Of a stretch of 64,000 nucleotides of DNA, positions 45,526 through 54,498 are shown one piece after another. Origin of the DNA: Candidatus Bathyarchaeota archaeon (GTDB lineage Archaea > Thermoproteota > Bathyarchaeia > TCS64). Below the pieces are notes generated by a model. That model had not been told where the DNA came from. It did not search any database and saw nothing but the letters and a program-made list of their open reading frames with translations. Location: NCBI GenBank assembly GCA_041304265.1, contig JBFYNQ010000076.1, positions 6,821 to 70,820 of the forward strand, written 5' to 3'. The stretch's first letter is position 1, and the number at the start of each line of letters is the position of its first letter. Made by a program: the position numbers and the translations under genes.

Positions 45526-46650
45526 TTGGATAGGGTCGACGCCGTAGTCATAGGGGCGGGCGCCGTCGGGCTCGCCATCGCATCGGAGATCGCGCGTAGG
45601 GACAGGGACACCTTCATACTAGAGAAAGAGTCCGCTATCGGACAGGGTGCCAGCAGCAGGAACAGCGAGGTCATACATGCGGGCATCTACTACGCGACGG
45701 GTACCCTCAAGGCGAAGGTCTGCGTCAAGGCGAACCCCATGATCTACAAGATCTGCGCCGAGAACAAGGTCCCTCATAAGCGCCTCGGCAAGATCATAGT
45801 CGGAAACGGCGAAGCCGAGATCAAGCAGCTCGAGGGACTCATGAGGCAGGGCAAGGCGAACGGCGTCGACGACCTCACACTCATCGACTCCGACCAGATC
45901 CATAAACTCGAGCCACTCGTCAAGGGCGACGCCGCTGTCCTCAGCCCAAGCACAGGCATCATGGACGCCCACGGGCTAATGGACTGCTACCTACGCAAGG
46001 CACGCAAGCAAAGCGGCTCAGACCCCCTCGTCCTAGACACAGAGGTCAAGGCGATAAAGAAGATACGGGATGGTTACGAGGTACACACCGTCAGTGGCGG
46101 CGAGCCCTTCAGCGTCGAGTCGCGCGTCGTCGTCAACGCGGCGGGGCTCTTCTGCGATAGAGTATCTGGAATGGTTGGCATTAATGTAAACGGGGCGAAG
46201 TACCGACTCCACTGGTGCAAGGGTGACTACTACAGCATGAGTGGGAAGCCACCTGCTACGATGCTCGTCTACCCGCCGCCGCTCAAGGACACACTCGGGC
46301 TCGGAATTCACACCGTCCCCGACCTCACGGGGCGCCTCAAGTTCGGTCCCAACGCCTACTATGTAGACAGCCTAGACTACAAGGTCGAGTCCTCCGTTGA
46401 GCCATTCTGGAGCGACATCGTCACATACCTCCCAAGCGTCAGGAAGGAAGACCTCCGCCCGGACATGGCGGGGATACGTGCCAAGCTGCAGGGACCCGGT
46501 GAGAAGGCACGCGACTTCGTGATCGAGCACGAGGAGAAGCGTGGTTACCCCGGCTTCATCGACCTAATAGGGATTGAATCCCCCGGGTTAACGTCGTCTC
46601 CGGCAATAGCCGAGATGGTTGCGGGGATAGTTAACGAGATCCTGGACTAG
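45526..46650 (+). CDS. FAD-dependent oxidoreductase (L-2-hydroxyglutarate oxidase / DAO family-like)
   Basis: TTG start. Dinucleotide fold DAVVIGAGAVGLAIA ... LEKE. Length 374 aa. Confidence 0.65.
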   Translation: MDRVDAVVIGAGAVGLAIASEIARRDRDTFILEKESAIGQGASSRNSEVIHAGIYYATGTLKAKVCVKANPMIYKICAENKVPHKRLGKIIVGNGEAEIKQLEGLMRQGKANGVDDLTLIDSDQIHKLEPLVKGDAAVLSPSTGIMDAHGLMDCYLRKARKQSGSDPLVLDTEVKAIKKIRDGYEVHTVSGGEPFSVESRVVVNAAGLFCDRVSGMVGINVNGAKYRLHWCKGDYYSMSGKPPATMLVYPPPLKDTLGLGIHTVPDLTGRLKFGPNAYYVDSLDYKVESSVEPFWSDIVTYLPSVRKEDLRPDMAGIRAKLQGPGEKARDFVIEHEEKRGYPGFIDLIGIESPGLTSSPAIAEMVAGIVNEILD

Positions 46651-46791
46651 CTCACCTACCGAAGTACACGCATTTAGAAGCGGCAGTCCTTCACCAGGTC
46701 TCCTGGTAGACCCCCAATCCTTTAATATCCACGGTTAGATAATCCTAAATGCACAGGTTCCATCCTTCAACGCCTCCCTAGGTGCTACACT

Positions 46792-47103
46792 ATGAAGTTT
46801 TGCGACAAATGCGGCTCCTTCATGGAGAATACACCCAGGGGATACAGGTGCCAGAAGTGCGGCTTTGAGTTTAACCCCGGCATAGTCGAGGTCTCGAGGG
46901 AGGAGGAGCCGAAGGCGGAGCCCGTCTACGTCATAAAGGCGGACGAGTCTACGAAGGTCAACCAGATATGCCCACAGTGCGGGCATAGCGAGGCCTACCA
47001 CCAGGTCAGGGTAGCCCTCGGGGAGCACGCCGGCGTCAACAGCGACAGGTATGTCGAGAGGTTCAGGTGCGTAGCCTGCGGCTACACCTGGGTCACGAAC
47101 TAG
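46792..47103 (+). CDS. TFS/RpoM-like double zinc-ribbon protein lacking the canonical acidic (DE) loop
   Basis: N-ribbon MKFCDKCGSFM...YRCQKCG. C-ribbon CPQCGHSEAYHQVRVALGEHAGVNSDRYVERFRCVACGYTW. The canonical QTRSADEP hairpin is replaced and the inter-Cys spacer is ~5 aa longer. Confidence 0.6.
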   Translation: MKFCDKCGSFMENTPRGYRCQKCGFEFNPGIVEVSREEEPKAEPVYVIKADESTKVNQICPQCGHSEAYHQVRVALGEHAGVNSDRYVERFRCVACGYTWVTN

Positions 47104-47530
47104 GCCAGTTTACCTTCACGTCGAACGGGATGCCCTGTTCCACGCTCTTTGATACCGTGCAGTAGTCCTCGTAGAGGGGGAGACATCTGTTTACCTGGTT
47201 CGTGTATTCGGGGTCAATGTCGGGGACTATCTCTACCGAGATGCTAGTGATCCTCAGCCGCCCCTTTTCGTTTCTCGATGTCTTAGCTTGGACCCTCGTC
47301 CTCATGCCATTGACAGGAGTTCTCGTCTTCTGTAGACAGAAGAGGAGGCTCGCGCTGAGGCAGTTCCCCATCGCAGCGGCGAGCAGCATCGAGGCGTTCG
47401 GTCCTCTTCCCCCGCCGACGGGCGCGGGCTCGTCCGTTAAAAGCCTCTCGATGTCTTCCCCGAAGCTGATCTTAAAGGAATAGTCATCGAGTTTCTCCAG
47501 CTCTACCCTCAGAGTCATCTCTTCGCTCAA
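47093..47530 (-). CDS. OsmC/Ohr family protein
   Basis: GGGRGPNASMLLAAAMGNCLSASLLFCLQK is a typical OsmC core with the reactive Cys region. Confidence 0.7.
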   Translation of the reverse strand: MSEEMTLRVELEKLDDYSFKISFGEDIERLLTDEPAPVGGGRGPNASMLLAAAMGNCLSASLLFCLQKTRTPVNGMRTRVQAKTSRNEKGRLRITSISVEIVPDIDPEYTNQVNRCLPLYEDYCTVSKSVEQGIPFDVKVNWPSS

Positions 47531-47562
47531 ATTGTATCAGTATGGTTTGCGGTGACCTAGAA

Positions 47563-47808
47563 TTAAACCGCTTTCGCTCCGCCGGCACCCGTGGGTGTTT
47601 CCCCGTCCTCTGGCCGCTTGCTCCTTCCTTCGTATACGAAGCCGAAGCCGAAAAGGCAGAAGCCGACAACGACCGTCGCCCAGACGATCCACTCGTCTGA
47701 GGTGTCGCCGGTCGTCGTTATCTTGTAAACGATGGCGATGCAGATGAGGGCGCAGAGGATGGCTCCGACGTACATGAGCTTCCACGTCATAGCCTTATAA
47801 TCCGGCAT
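47563..47808 (-). CDS. small 2-TM membrane protein, hypothetical
   Basis: 81 aa with two hydrophobic helices. Confidence 0.4.
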   Translation of the reverse strand: MPDYKAMTWKLMYVGAILCALICIAIVYKITTTGDTSDEWIVWATVVVGFCLFGFGFVYEGRSKRPEDGETPTGAGGAKAV

Positions 47809-47889
47809 CGGGGTCGAATAGTATCCCCAGGGCAGGAATTTAATCTCTTCCCGATATCGTTAAAGACACTCCCCCCATACTCTTGAGCC

Positions 47890-48375
47890 ATGTCAGGTAT
47901 GCGCAGAAAGGAGAAGGAGATCACTGAGAAGGCGGTCATAGAGGAGGTTCTCATGGAGAACCAGGTCGGTAGGCTCGCGACGGCCGTTGACAATGAGCCT
48001 TACGTCGTACCTCTCAACTACGTCTACTACGATGGCAAGGTCATCTTCCATAGCCACAAGGACGGCACGAAGATGAGGAACATCGCCGAGAATCCGCGGG
48101 TCTGCTTCGAGGTCGACTCCGGGGAGATCGTGACGGGTGAGAAGCCCTGCGACTTCACATGGAAGTACAGGAGCGTCATTGTCAAGGGGAAGGCGAGCAT
48201 AATCGCTGATCCAGAGAAGAGGCTCACAGCTTTAAAGAGACTGAGCGACAAATACTCGCCCGGGAAGGGTAAAATGCTCACGGCAAAGGACATGGAGAAG
48301 AACCCGCAGCTCCTCCTAGTCGAGATCATCATCGACCAGATGACTGGAAAGAAGAGCCCCGTCAAACCCGCGTAA
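47890..48375 (+). CDS. pyridoxamine 5'-phosphate oxidase-family FMN-binding protein
   Basis: RRKEKEI...VGRLATAVDNEPYVVPLNYVYYDGKVIFHS is a typical PNPOx/NimA-like N-terminus. Confidence 0.7.
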   Translation: MSGMRRKEKEITEKAVIEEVLMENQVGRLATAVDNEPYVVPLNYVYYDGKVIFHSHKDGTKMRNIAENPRVCFEVDSGEIVTGEKPCDFTWKYRSVIVKGKASIIADPEKRLTALKRLSDKYSPGKGKMLTAKDMEKNPQLLLVEIIIDQMTGKKSPVKPA

Positions 48376-48431
48376 ACCGTTCTGACACTTTCAGGAACCT
48401 TTTTCAGGGCGCCCATGTGCAAGGTTCCCTA

Positions 48432-49538
48432 ATGGGTATACCCGAGAAGATCAAGCAGATCGAGGAGGAGATGGCCCGTACCCAGATCAACAAGGCCACT
48501 GAGAGGCACCTCGGGTTACTCAGGGCGAAAAAGGCGAAGCTCCAGAGGGAGCTCGAGGAGCAGACGCTGAAGGCGGCTGGGAAGGCGAGTGGCGACGACG
48601 GGTATGCGGTCAAGAAGACGGGGGACGCCACAGTCGTCTTAATCGGGCTCCCAAGTGTCGGGAAATCCACCATCCTCAACCAGATCACAAACGCCAAGTC
48701 GAAGACGGGCGCCTACGACTTCACGACACTGACCGTTGTTCCTGGGTTAATGGAGTATCGAGGTGCTAAAATCCAGGTTCTGGACCTCCCCGGCATCATC
48801 GCTGGCGCTGCTCAGGGAAAGGGACTCGGGAAACGTGTCCTCAGCGTCGCGAGGGCGGCGGATCTAGTTCTGATCACTCTCGACGTTTTCCAGCCTGGTG
48901 TCAAGCCGCTACTCTTCAAGGAGCTCCGCGAGATCGGTATCCGCCCCGACGAGAAGCCGCCGAATATCTTAATCGAGAAGACGCACACGGGTGGGCTCTC
49001 TGTAATCTGCCAGGTTCCCTTGACGAGGATTAAGAAGGAGACGATAAAGGACATACTCGCCGTCTATGGCATCCACAACGCCAGGGTTATGATCCGCGAG
49101 GATATAAACGACGAGCAGCTCCTCGACGTGATACTCGGCAATAGGCACTATGTGTCGACATTCGCCGTCCTCAACAAGATAGACATGATAGACAAGGAGA
49201 GCCTCCGTAAGGTCAGGGAAGGCCTTGACTACTACGTCCTCCCCATAGCCGCCGAGTCGGGGATAAACATCGACGAGTTCAGGGAGCAGCTCTATCAGAA
49301 GCTCCAGTTCATCAGGATATACATGCGTCCGAAGGGCGGCGAGACCGACTACAAGGAGCCGCTGATCGCGCGTGTGGGGTACACTGTCGGGGACGTCTGT
49401 GACATGCTCCATAAGGCGCTGCGGTCCGACTTCAAGTACGCGCAGGTCTGGGGAAAGAGCGTCAGATTCGGCGGCCAGAAGGTAAGCCTCGCCCATAAGC
49501 TCGTCGACGAGGACGTGCTCACCTTCGTCACGAAGTGA
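48432..49538 (+). CDS. drg: developmentally regulated GTP-binding protein (DRG/Obg-like, with TGS domain)
   Basis: MGIPEKIKQIEEEMARTQINKATERHLGLLRAKKAKL. G1 GLPSVGKST, G3 DLPG, G4 NKID. C-terminal TGS-like region. Confidence 0.85.
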   Translation: MGIPEKIKQIEEEMARTQINKATERHLGLLRAKKAKLQRELEEQTLKAAGKASGDDGYAVKKTGDATVVLIGLPSVGKSTILNQITNAKSKTGAYDFTTLTVVPGLMEYRGAKIQVLDLPGIIAGAAQGKGLGKRVLSVARAADLVLITLDVFQPGVKPLLFKELREIGIRPDEKPPNILIEKTHTGGLSVICQVPLTRIKKETIKDILAVYGIHNARVMIREDINDEQLLDVILGNRHYVSTFAVLNKIDMIDKESLRKVREGLDYYVLPIAAESGINIDEFREQLYQKLQFIRIYMRPKGGETDYKEPLIARVGYTVGDVCDMLHKALRSDFKYAQVWGKSVRFGGQKVSLAHKLVDEDVLTFVTK

Positions 49539-49591
49539 TATGATTCTGTCTATACACCAACTTTGGCTACCATAGATAAGAGAAGAAAAAT

Positions 49592-49798
49592 TTAGACCTT
49601 TACCAGCTGCATCTCGGTCAAGCGCCGGTATAGCTCGTTCTTCTTGACTAGCTGGTTGTGTGTCCCCTCGGTCTTTACCTCGCCGTTGTACAGTACGATT
49701 ATACGGTCGGCGCGCGCGTCGGTGAGGGCGCCCTCCGGCGTGGTATGGACAGGTGGGGCACTATGATGGGGTATATCGAGGAATACGGCGAGCGTCAT
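49592..49798 (-). pseudogene. C-terminal stub of an ABC exporter-type ATPase
   Basis: ...TDARADRIIVLYNGEVKTEGTHNQLVKKNELYRRLTEMQLVKV* matches only the last ~45 aa of MsbA-type ABC proteins (aDrIiVl.nG.i.E.GtH..Ll...g.Y..l...Q). No Walker A/B or signature motif lies upstream. Confidence 0.6.
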
Positions 49799-50003
49799 CG
49801 CGCCATACGGAAGGGGAGCCAGGGGGCCTACTTGTTAACTTCGGAGAATCCCTCAAGAGGGGCGAGGTTGAGGTATCCGAGCACCTCACCGAGATGATGT
49901 TCGAGAAGATTAGGTTCCCCGAGCGCCTTGTTTACAAGTTCCTCTACGCCTATATCGAGGGTGGGCGCGAGATAGAGATCGAGATAGAGTGGGCACAGAA
50001 CGA

Positions 50004-50702
50004 CTAGCCCCTCTTCAGGACCCGCTTTTCCATCGGTAGCTTCTCCGAGGCATAGTGGAGGATCAAGGCGGAGGTCCTCGGCCTCCACTTTATGAGATAT
50101 GCACGGACCTCGTCAGGGTGTCTCTTCGACACTTCCTTGAGGAGCCAGCCGACGCCCTTCTGTACCATATCGTCGCGGTCCTCCATGAGCTTATCCGCGA
50201 CCCTGAAGGCGTCTTCTAGCAAGTCTCCCCTCCTCGCGATCGGGACGAGGGACACCGCGGCGGCTCGGCGCCTCCACCTGTTCTCCGAGCCCGTCCACTC
50301 GATGAGCCTTTCGACCAGGCGGGGGTCCTTCCTCACCGTCTCGTAGATGATGCCGGTGCAGAGGGTATCGGTTGTAGCCCAGTTCGTCAGGAAGTCGATC
50401 CAGGTATCAAAGGTGTCGAGGTGCTCGGGCGTTAGGCGTCCCTTCATCCGCTTAAGCATATTGTCGCCTATTATGGGCAACTCGATTACGCGCTGAGTAT
50501 GCAGCTCCCCCGCGACCTCGATAGCCAGCGGGAGGTTTCCCTTGACTCTCGGGTAGAACCTGTCGGTGATCTCCTTGCATGTGGGCATAGGGAGACCCCA
50601 GGCCTCGATTGGTTCCCTGAAGTAGCGCTTCGATGCCTCGGCCCTCTTGGGGTCGTAGTGGCGGCGCGTCTCCGCGACGATCTCCGCGGTGAGGGTGTTC
50701 AT
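50004..50702 (-). CDS. DNA alkylation repair protein (AlkD-like HEAT-repeat family)
   Basis: ...RAEASKRYFREPIEAWGL..., WRRRAAAVSLVP, VQKGVGWLLKEVSKRHP are typical of the family. Confidence 0.7.
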   Translation of the reverse strand: MNTLTAEIVAETRRHYDPKRAEASKRYFREPIEAWGLPMPTCKEITDRFYPRVKGNLPLAIEVAGELHTQRVIELPIIGDNMLKRMKGRLTPEHLDTFDTWIDFLTNWATTDTLCTGIIYETVRKDPRLVERLIEWTGSENRWRRRAAAVSLVPIARRGDLLEDAFRVADKLMEDRDDMVQKGVGWLLKEVSKRHPDEVRAYLIKWRPRTSALILHYASEKLPMEKRVLKRG

Positions 50703-50706
50703 GGGG

Positions 50707-52290
50707 TCACGCCTTGAACCTGAGAGCGCCGGTCTTCGAGAGGCTCACGACGATCGGTTTGAGCCATGAGGGATCTTCGCGCGGGTAGTCCGTTCTGTAG
50801 TGGGCTCCGCGGCTCTCCTTTCTTTCCATGGCTGCGCGTATTATCATCTCGGCGACCTCAAGCGCCATAGGCACCTCGAGTGCGACGAGCATGTCCCGCC
50901 CGTTCTTCGCAGTCATCCTATCCGCCATGAGCTTGAGGTCGAAGACCTCCTCGAAGGCCTCGGAAAGGCTCGCACTATCACGGATGATGCCCGCCTTCGC
51001 CCACATGGTCTCCTTGAGCCTGACCATGATCTCGTAGGCGCCGTAGCCTTGATCCCTCCCGAGCAGGGTCTCGTATCGTTCTAACTCGGGTCTGGCGAGG
51101 TCCGTGACCTTCTCTTTCCTGGGGGCGAATCCGGCTGAGGCTGCGCCTGCCCTCAGCCCGAAGACGAGTATGTCGGTGAGCGCGTTTCCACCGTGCCTGT
51201 TGGCGCCGTGTACGCCGCCGACGACCTCACCTGCGGCGTAGAGGCCGGGGACGCCGGTGTATCCCTGTTCGTCGATTATGACCCCGCCCATGTTGAAGTG
51301 GCAGATTGGGGCGACCCTGAATGGCTTCTCTGCCGCCTTGAGCTTGTCGACGAGGAGCTGATGCACGCCTTCGCCGGTGATCTGCCTATCGCTTCGATTC
51401 TTGAAGACCTCGCGGGCGTCAATCAGGACGGAGCCGTCGACGCGTCCGCTCTGTGTAATCTCGGTCATGAGGGCCCTGCTCAGGAGGTCCCTACTCTTAA
51501 GGACAAGTGGGCGCGCCGTGAGCCCGTACTTCTTGGGAATGTCCTCCCCGAGGCTGTTCATTATCTTCCCCTCCTCCGTGAGGGGTCCGCCGAGCAGGTA
51601 GGGTGGTTGACCCGGCTCAGCGAGTGCGAGCGGGAAGAACTGGACAAACTCCATATCGCGCAGGCTCACCCCCGCGTGGAGCCCAAGGCTGTAGCCGTCC
51701 CCAGTCGTGCGTACCGGGCAGTCAGTCCTCTTGTATAGAGCACCTGCCCCACCGGATGCGAGAACGACCGCCCGAGCGGAGAAGACGACGGGCATCTCAT
51801 TCTTCACGTCGTAGCCAACAGCGCCGACCACCACCTCACTCCTCTTGAGGAGTCTCGTCGTGACGATGTTGTCTAAGAACTCGACACCCTTGGACTGAGC
51901 ATACTCGACCATGGGCTTCGTCATGCCGAGCCCCATAAGGTTGGGTATCGAGCCGACGGCTGCACCGTTCTTGTGGACGCGTACCTCGACGCCATAGTCC
52001 CTCATCTCGAGGATACGCTCAGGGCCCTCCCTTGTGAAGACCTCTACGAGGCGTCTGTCGTTCAGCCCCTTCCCCACCTCCATGGTGTCTCTCGCATGCT
52101 CTTCGGGGGTCATGCCCTCGAGGGCTGCGCGGAAGCCGCCGCCAGCGACTACAGTACAGTTGTTCATCCCGGCGGGTGCCTTTGAGACGACTATCGCCTT
52201 CTTCCTGAGCCTGTTGACCTCGATGGCGGCTCGCAGCCCGGCCCCACCGGAGCCGATTACGAGTACATCCGCGTCCACGGCGCTGACCAT
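50707..52290 (-). CDS. succinate dehydrogenase/fumarate reductase-type FAD flavoprotein (L-aspartate oxidase-like); no partner Fe-S subunit adjacent
   Basis: DVLVIGSGGAGLRAA, HFNMGGV, GLYAAGEVVGGVHGANRHGGNALTDILVFG and ESRGAHYRTDYP. Confidence 0.7.
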   Translation of the reverse strand: MVSAVDADVLVIGSGGAGLRAAIEVNRLRKKAIVVSKAPAGMNNCTVVAGGGFRAALEGMTPEEHARDTMEVGKGLNDRRLVEVFTREGPERILEMRDYGVEVRVHKNGAAVGSIPNLMGLGMTKPMVEYAQSKGVEFLDNIVTTRLLKRSEVVVGAVGYDVKNEMPVVFSARAVVLASGGAGALYKRTDCPVRTTGDGYSLGLHAGVSLRDMEFVQFFPLALAEPGQPPYLLGGPLTEEGKIMNSLGEDIPKKYGLTARPLVLKSRDLLSRALMTEITQSGRVDGSVLIDAREVFKNRSDRQITGEGVHQLLVDKLKAAEKPFRVAPICHFNMGGVIIDEQGYTGVPGLYAAGEVVGGVHGANRHGGNALTDILVFGLRAGAASAGFAPRKEKVTDLARPELERYETLLGRDQGYGAYEIMVRLKETMWAKAGIIRDSASLSEAFEEVFDLKLMADRMTAKNGRDMLVALEVPMALEVAEMIIRAAMERKESRGAHYRTDYPREDPSWLKPIVVSLSKTGALRFKA

Positions 52291-52323
52291 GGGATAGACG
52301 AGGCGCGAGGTTGGATAAAACGA

Positions 52324-52797
52324 CTACCCGGCGATGGTGACGCGCTCTAGGCAGACCTCCTCAGCCGACTGACGCGCTATAACGTTCTCGACTCCTAGAC
52401 GGGTGTCAAACTCCTTTAACGTCGCCTGTATGGCTGGCAGGGTGAGGTGGCTGCATAGACCCTTGAGAAAGATATCACAATCGACGCCGACCTCGAGGAA
52501 GGCTTCGTGGAAGGGACACCTGCGGACGACGAAGGTTACGCTCCTGTCGTCCCTCTTGTGGATAACGACATCCGCCCCGGCGTCCCTCATGAAGCGCATG
52601 TAGACCTCTGTCCCAGTCTCTAGTGGGGTGAGACCCACGGTCATCTGCCTTCTCATCTCCTTAGCAATGAGGGGACCCTGCTTCTCCGCCGCTTCCATCA
52701 GCTTGTCGAGGCTCGGCTGTGTGCCGAGGTCCTTGATGACCTCAATGATGTAGAGCGTCAATAACGTATACCCGCGGCGGACCCCCTCGGCAGACAT
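52324..52797 (-). CDS. hypothetical protein (possibly ATC-hydrolase-like Cys-containing domain)
   Basis: 157 aa with RRCPFHEAFLEVGVDCDIFLKGLC. The family assignment comes from memory of the motif pattern only. Confidence 0.35.
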   Translation of the reverse strand: MSAEGVRRGYTLLTLYIIEVIKDLGTQPSLDKLMEAAEKQGPLIAKEMRRQMTVGLTPLETGTEVYMRFMRDAGADVVIHKRDDRSVTFVVRRCPFHEAFLEVGVDCDIFLKGLCSHLTLPAIQATLKEFDTRLGVENVIARQSAEEVCLERVTIAG

Positions 52798-52844
52798 ACG
52801 GGTGGGCTTCTATGCCGCCACGGGATAAATGTTAACCCGCGTGA

Positions 52845-53021
52845 CTAGAGGGGAACCGGGTCGCAGAGGTTTTTCGCCTCTCCTGCGGCTCGCCCGCATA
52901 TCCGGCAGAGGAACTTAGGGTTCCTCACGAGCTCCTTGTACTCGGGGAGCTCCATCCCCTCAGCGACGAGGCTGCAGAGGTGCTGGTCGTGTCCGATGTG
53001 TGGCTTCTCGTAGAGAGGCAT
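52845..53021 (-). CDS. small Cys-containing protein, 58 aa, hypothetical
   Basis: Own translation; below the track cut-off: MPLYEKPHIGHDQHLCSLVAEGMELPEYKELVRNPKFLCRICGRAAGEAKNLCDPVPL*. Confidence 0.4.
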   Translation of the reverse strand: MPLYEKPHIGHDQHLCSLVAEGMELPEYKELVRNPKFLCRICGRAAGEAKNLCDPVPL

Positions 53022-53066
53022 CCGTTCACCGGGTCGAGGTGTGGAATGGTGGCGGATAAACGTTGA

Positions 53067-53290
53067 TCAGCTTAGCCTTCGCCACGTGGCGGTGGCGAGG
53101 AAGAAGGCGACGAGCGTGAAGACGATGACGCCACTAGTCGCCACGTTGAAGAGGGCGGAGGCGAAGACGCCGACGAGGACGCTTGTAACCCCGAGCAGTA
53201 TCGCCGTTATCGAAGTGTCCCTGAAGTTCATGCCTAACTGGAGCGCAGTGAGCCCGGGTATGACGAGGAGCGCGCACAATACCAGGACAT
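53067..53290 (-). pseudogene. C-terminal stub of an ABC-3 (ZnuB/MntB-type) metal transporter permease
   Basis: VLVLCALLVIPGLTALQLGMNFRDTSITAILLGVTSVLVGVFASALFNVATSGVIVFTLVAFFLATA matches only the last two TM helices of ZnuB-like permeases (LLv..LLiiPaa.A.l.......m......g.......G...S...d.p.G). The ~190 N-terminal residues are absent. Confidence 0.55.
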
Positions 53291-53438
53291 CATAAACATG
53301 CAGCTCCACAACAGGTTCCACGAGGGTAAGTGCATGGAGTTATTCCTCCTAGAGGGGGACGCGGCAAGGGTTAGAGAGCTCTCGGCGCAGCTGCAGAGGA
53401 ACGAGGAGAACGAGTACGTCAAGCTGCTCATAATCTGA
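53238..53438 (+). pseudogene. C-terminal stub of NikR (nickel-responsive regulator); RHH domain missing
   Basis: Own translation: ...ERAQYQDIINMQLHNRFHEGKCMELFLLEGDAARVRELSAQLQRNEENEYVKLLII*. It aligns to the NikR C-terminal metal-binding domain (compare P. horikoshii [40 protein letters not shown]). An in-frame stop lies at 53235-53237 and no RHH-coding sequence is upstream. Confidence 0.55.
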
Positions 53439-53489
53439 TTACCGGGACAAGCACGTTTTAACTAGTCCCGTGGCGCGTCTTCCCCTGTT

Positions 53490-53849
53490 ATGATCGAGAA
53501 GGTCAATTTTGGCGACGTGCCTAAAAAGGCGTTGAACGAGATTCATGGGGAGAAGGTTCTCTACCAAATTGTGTGGCGTTTCACGCCAAAGGCTGAGGTT
53601 CTCAAGGTGTTCAGGGGTGTCGCGCGGCTCACCGTGCCGCCAGGGGAAACAAACCTGATGCACAACCACGCGAAGGAAGAGCAGATCTACATAGTCCTGA
53701 GCGGGTCCGGGGAGATACAGGTCGGCGAGGAGAGAGCACCTGCTACCCCAGGTGATGTGATCTACCTCCCCGCGAACGTGTCACACGGCTTCTTCAACAC
53801 TGGCGACAAGCCCGCTGTGATCCTTAACATCGGCGCCGGCGTCGCCTAG
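53490..53849 (+). CDS. cupin domain protein
   Basis: HNHAKEEQIYIVLSGSGEIQVG....A.PGDVIYLPANVSHGF contains cupin motifs 1 and 2. Confidence 0.7.
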   Translation: MIEKVNFGDVPKKALNEIHGEKVLYQIVWRFTPKAEVLKVFRGVARLTVPPGETNLMHNHAKEEQIYIVLSGSGEIQVGEERAPATPGDVIYLPANVSHGFFNTGDKPAVILNIGAGVA

Positions 53850-53886
53850 CGTCTTCTTTAAATCGGCTCCCCCGCTGGTTCAAGGC

Positions 53887-54498
53887 ATGAGATTCCTCGA
53901 GGCAAACGACGAGGCGATAAAGGCGGCGGGTTATATGATGAGGGAGGGTGGGGTCGTCGTCTACCCCACCGAGACGGTCTACGGCATCGGCTGTCTACCC
54001 TCTGATCCCGACGCGACGCAGAGGATATGCGAGATCAAGCAGAGGGCGGACAAGCCATTACCCCTGATCTGCGCCGACGTCGATGCGGCGAGGAAGATAG
54101 TCGAGATGACCCCTGAGGCGGAGAAACTCGCGGCAAAATTCTGGCCTGGGCCGCTTACCCTCGTGCTGAAATCGAAGGTGAAGTACGGCATGTGGGTGAC
54201 CCACGGCGCGTCGACTCTCGGCGTGCGTGTCTCGCCCCACACCGTCGCCCAGAAACTTGCGAAGGCAGCTGGAGGAGTAATCGTCAGCACGAGTGCTAAC
54301 GTATCGGGAGACCCACCGGCAAAGTCGGCGGAGGAGGCGAGAAAGATATTCGACAGTAAGGTAGACATTATCCTCGACGGCGGTCCCTCGCAGGGGGGCG
54401 AGTCATCGACTGTTGTGGACCTGAGCAGCGAGGAGATATGGCTCCTGCGAAGGGGCCCGGTGACCGGCGAGGAGATAATGGCTGCTCTAAGAGGCTAG
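53887..54498 (+). CDS. L-threonylcarbamoyladenylate synthase (YrdC/Sua5 family, short form)
   Basis: VVVYPTETVYGIGC, KPLPLI, GPLTLVL, SANVSG. At 203 aa it has no Sua5 C-terminal domain. Confidence 0.8.
   Translation: MRFLEANDEAIKAAGYMMREGGVVVYPTETVYGIGCLPSDPDATQRICEIKQRADKPLPLICADVDAARKIVEMTPEAEKLAAKFWPGPLTLVLKSKVKYGMWVTHGASTLGVRVSPHTVAQKLAKAAGGVIVSTSANVSGDPPAKSAEEARKIFDSKVDIILDGGPSQGGESSTVVDLSSEEIWLLRRGPVTGEEIMAALRG

Noticed and set aside
49753-50088. 84-aa plus-strand ORF and 86-aa minus-strand ORF between the ABC stub and the AlkD-like gene
   Set aside because: Neither has recognisable features, they overlap each other, and the region looks like decayed sequence. They are left unannotated.
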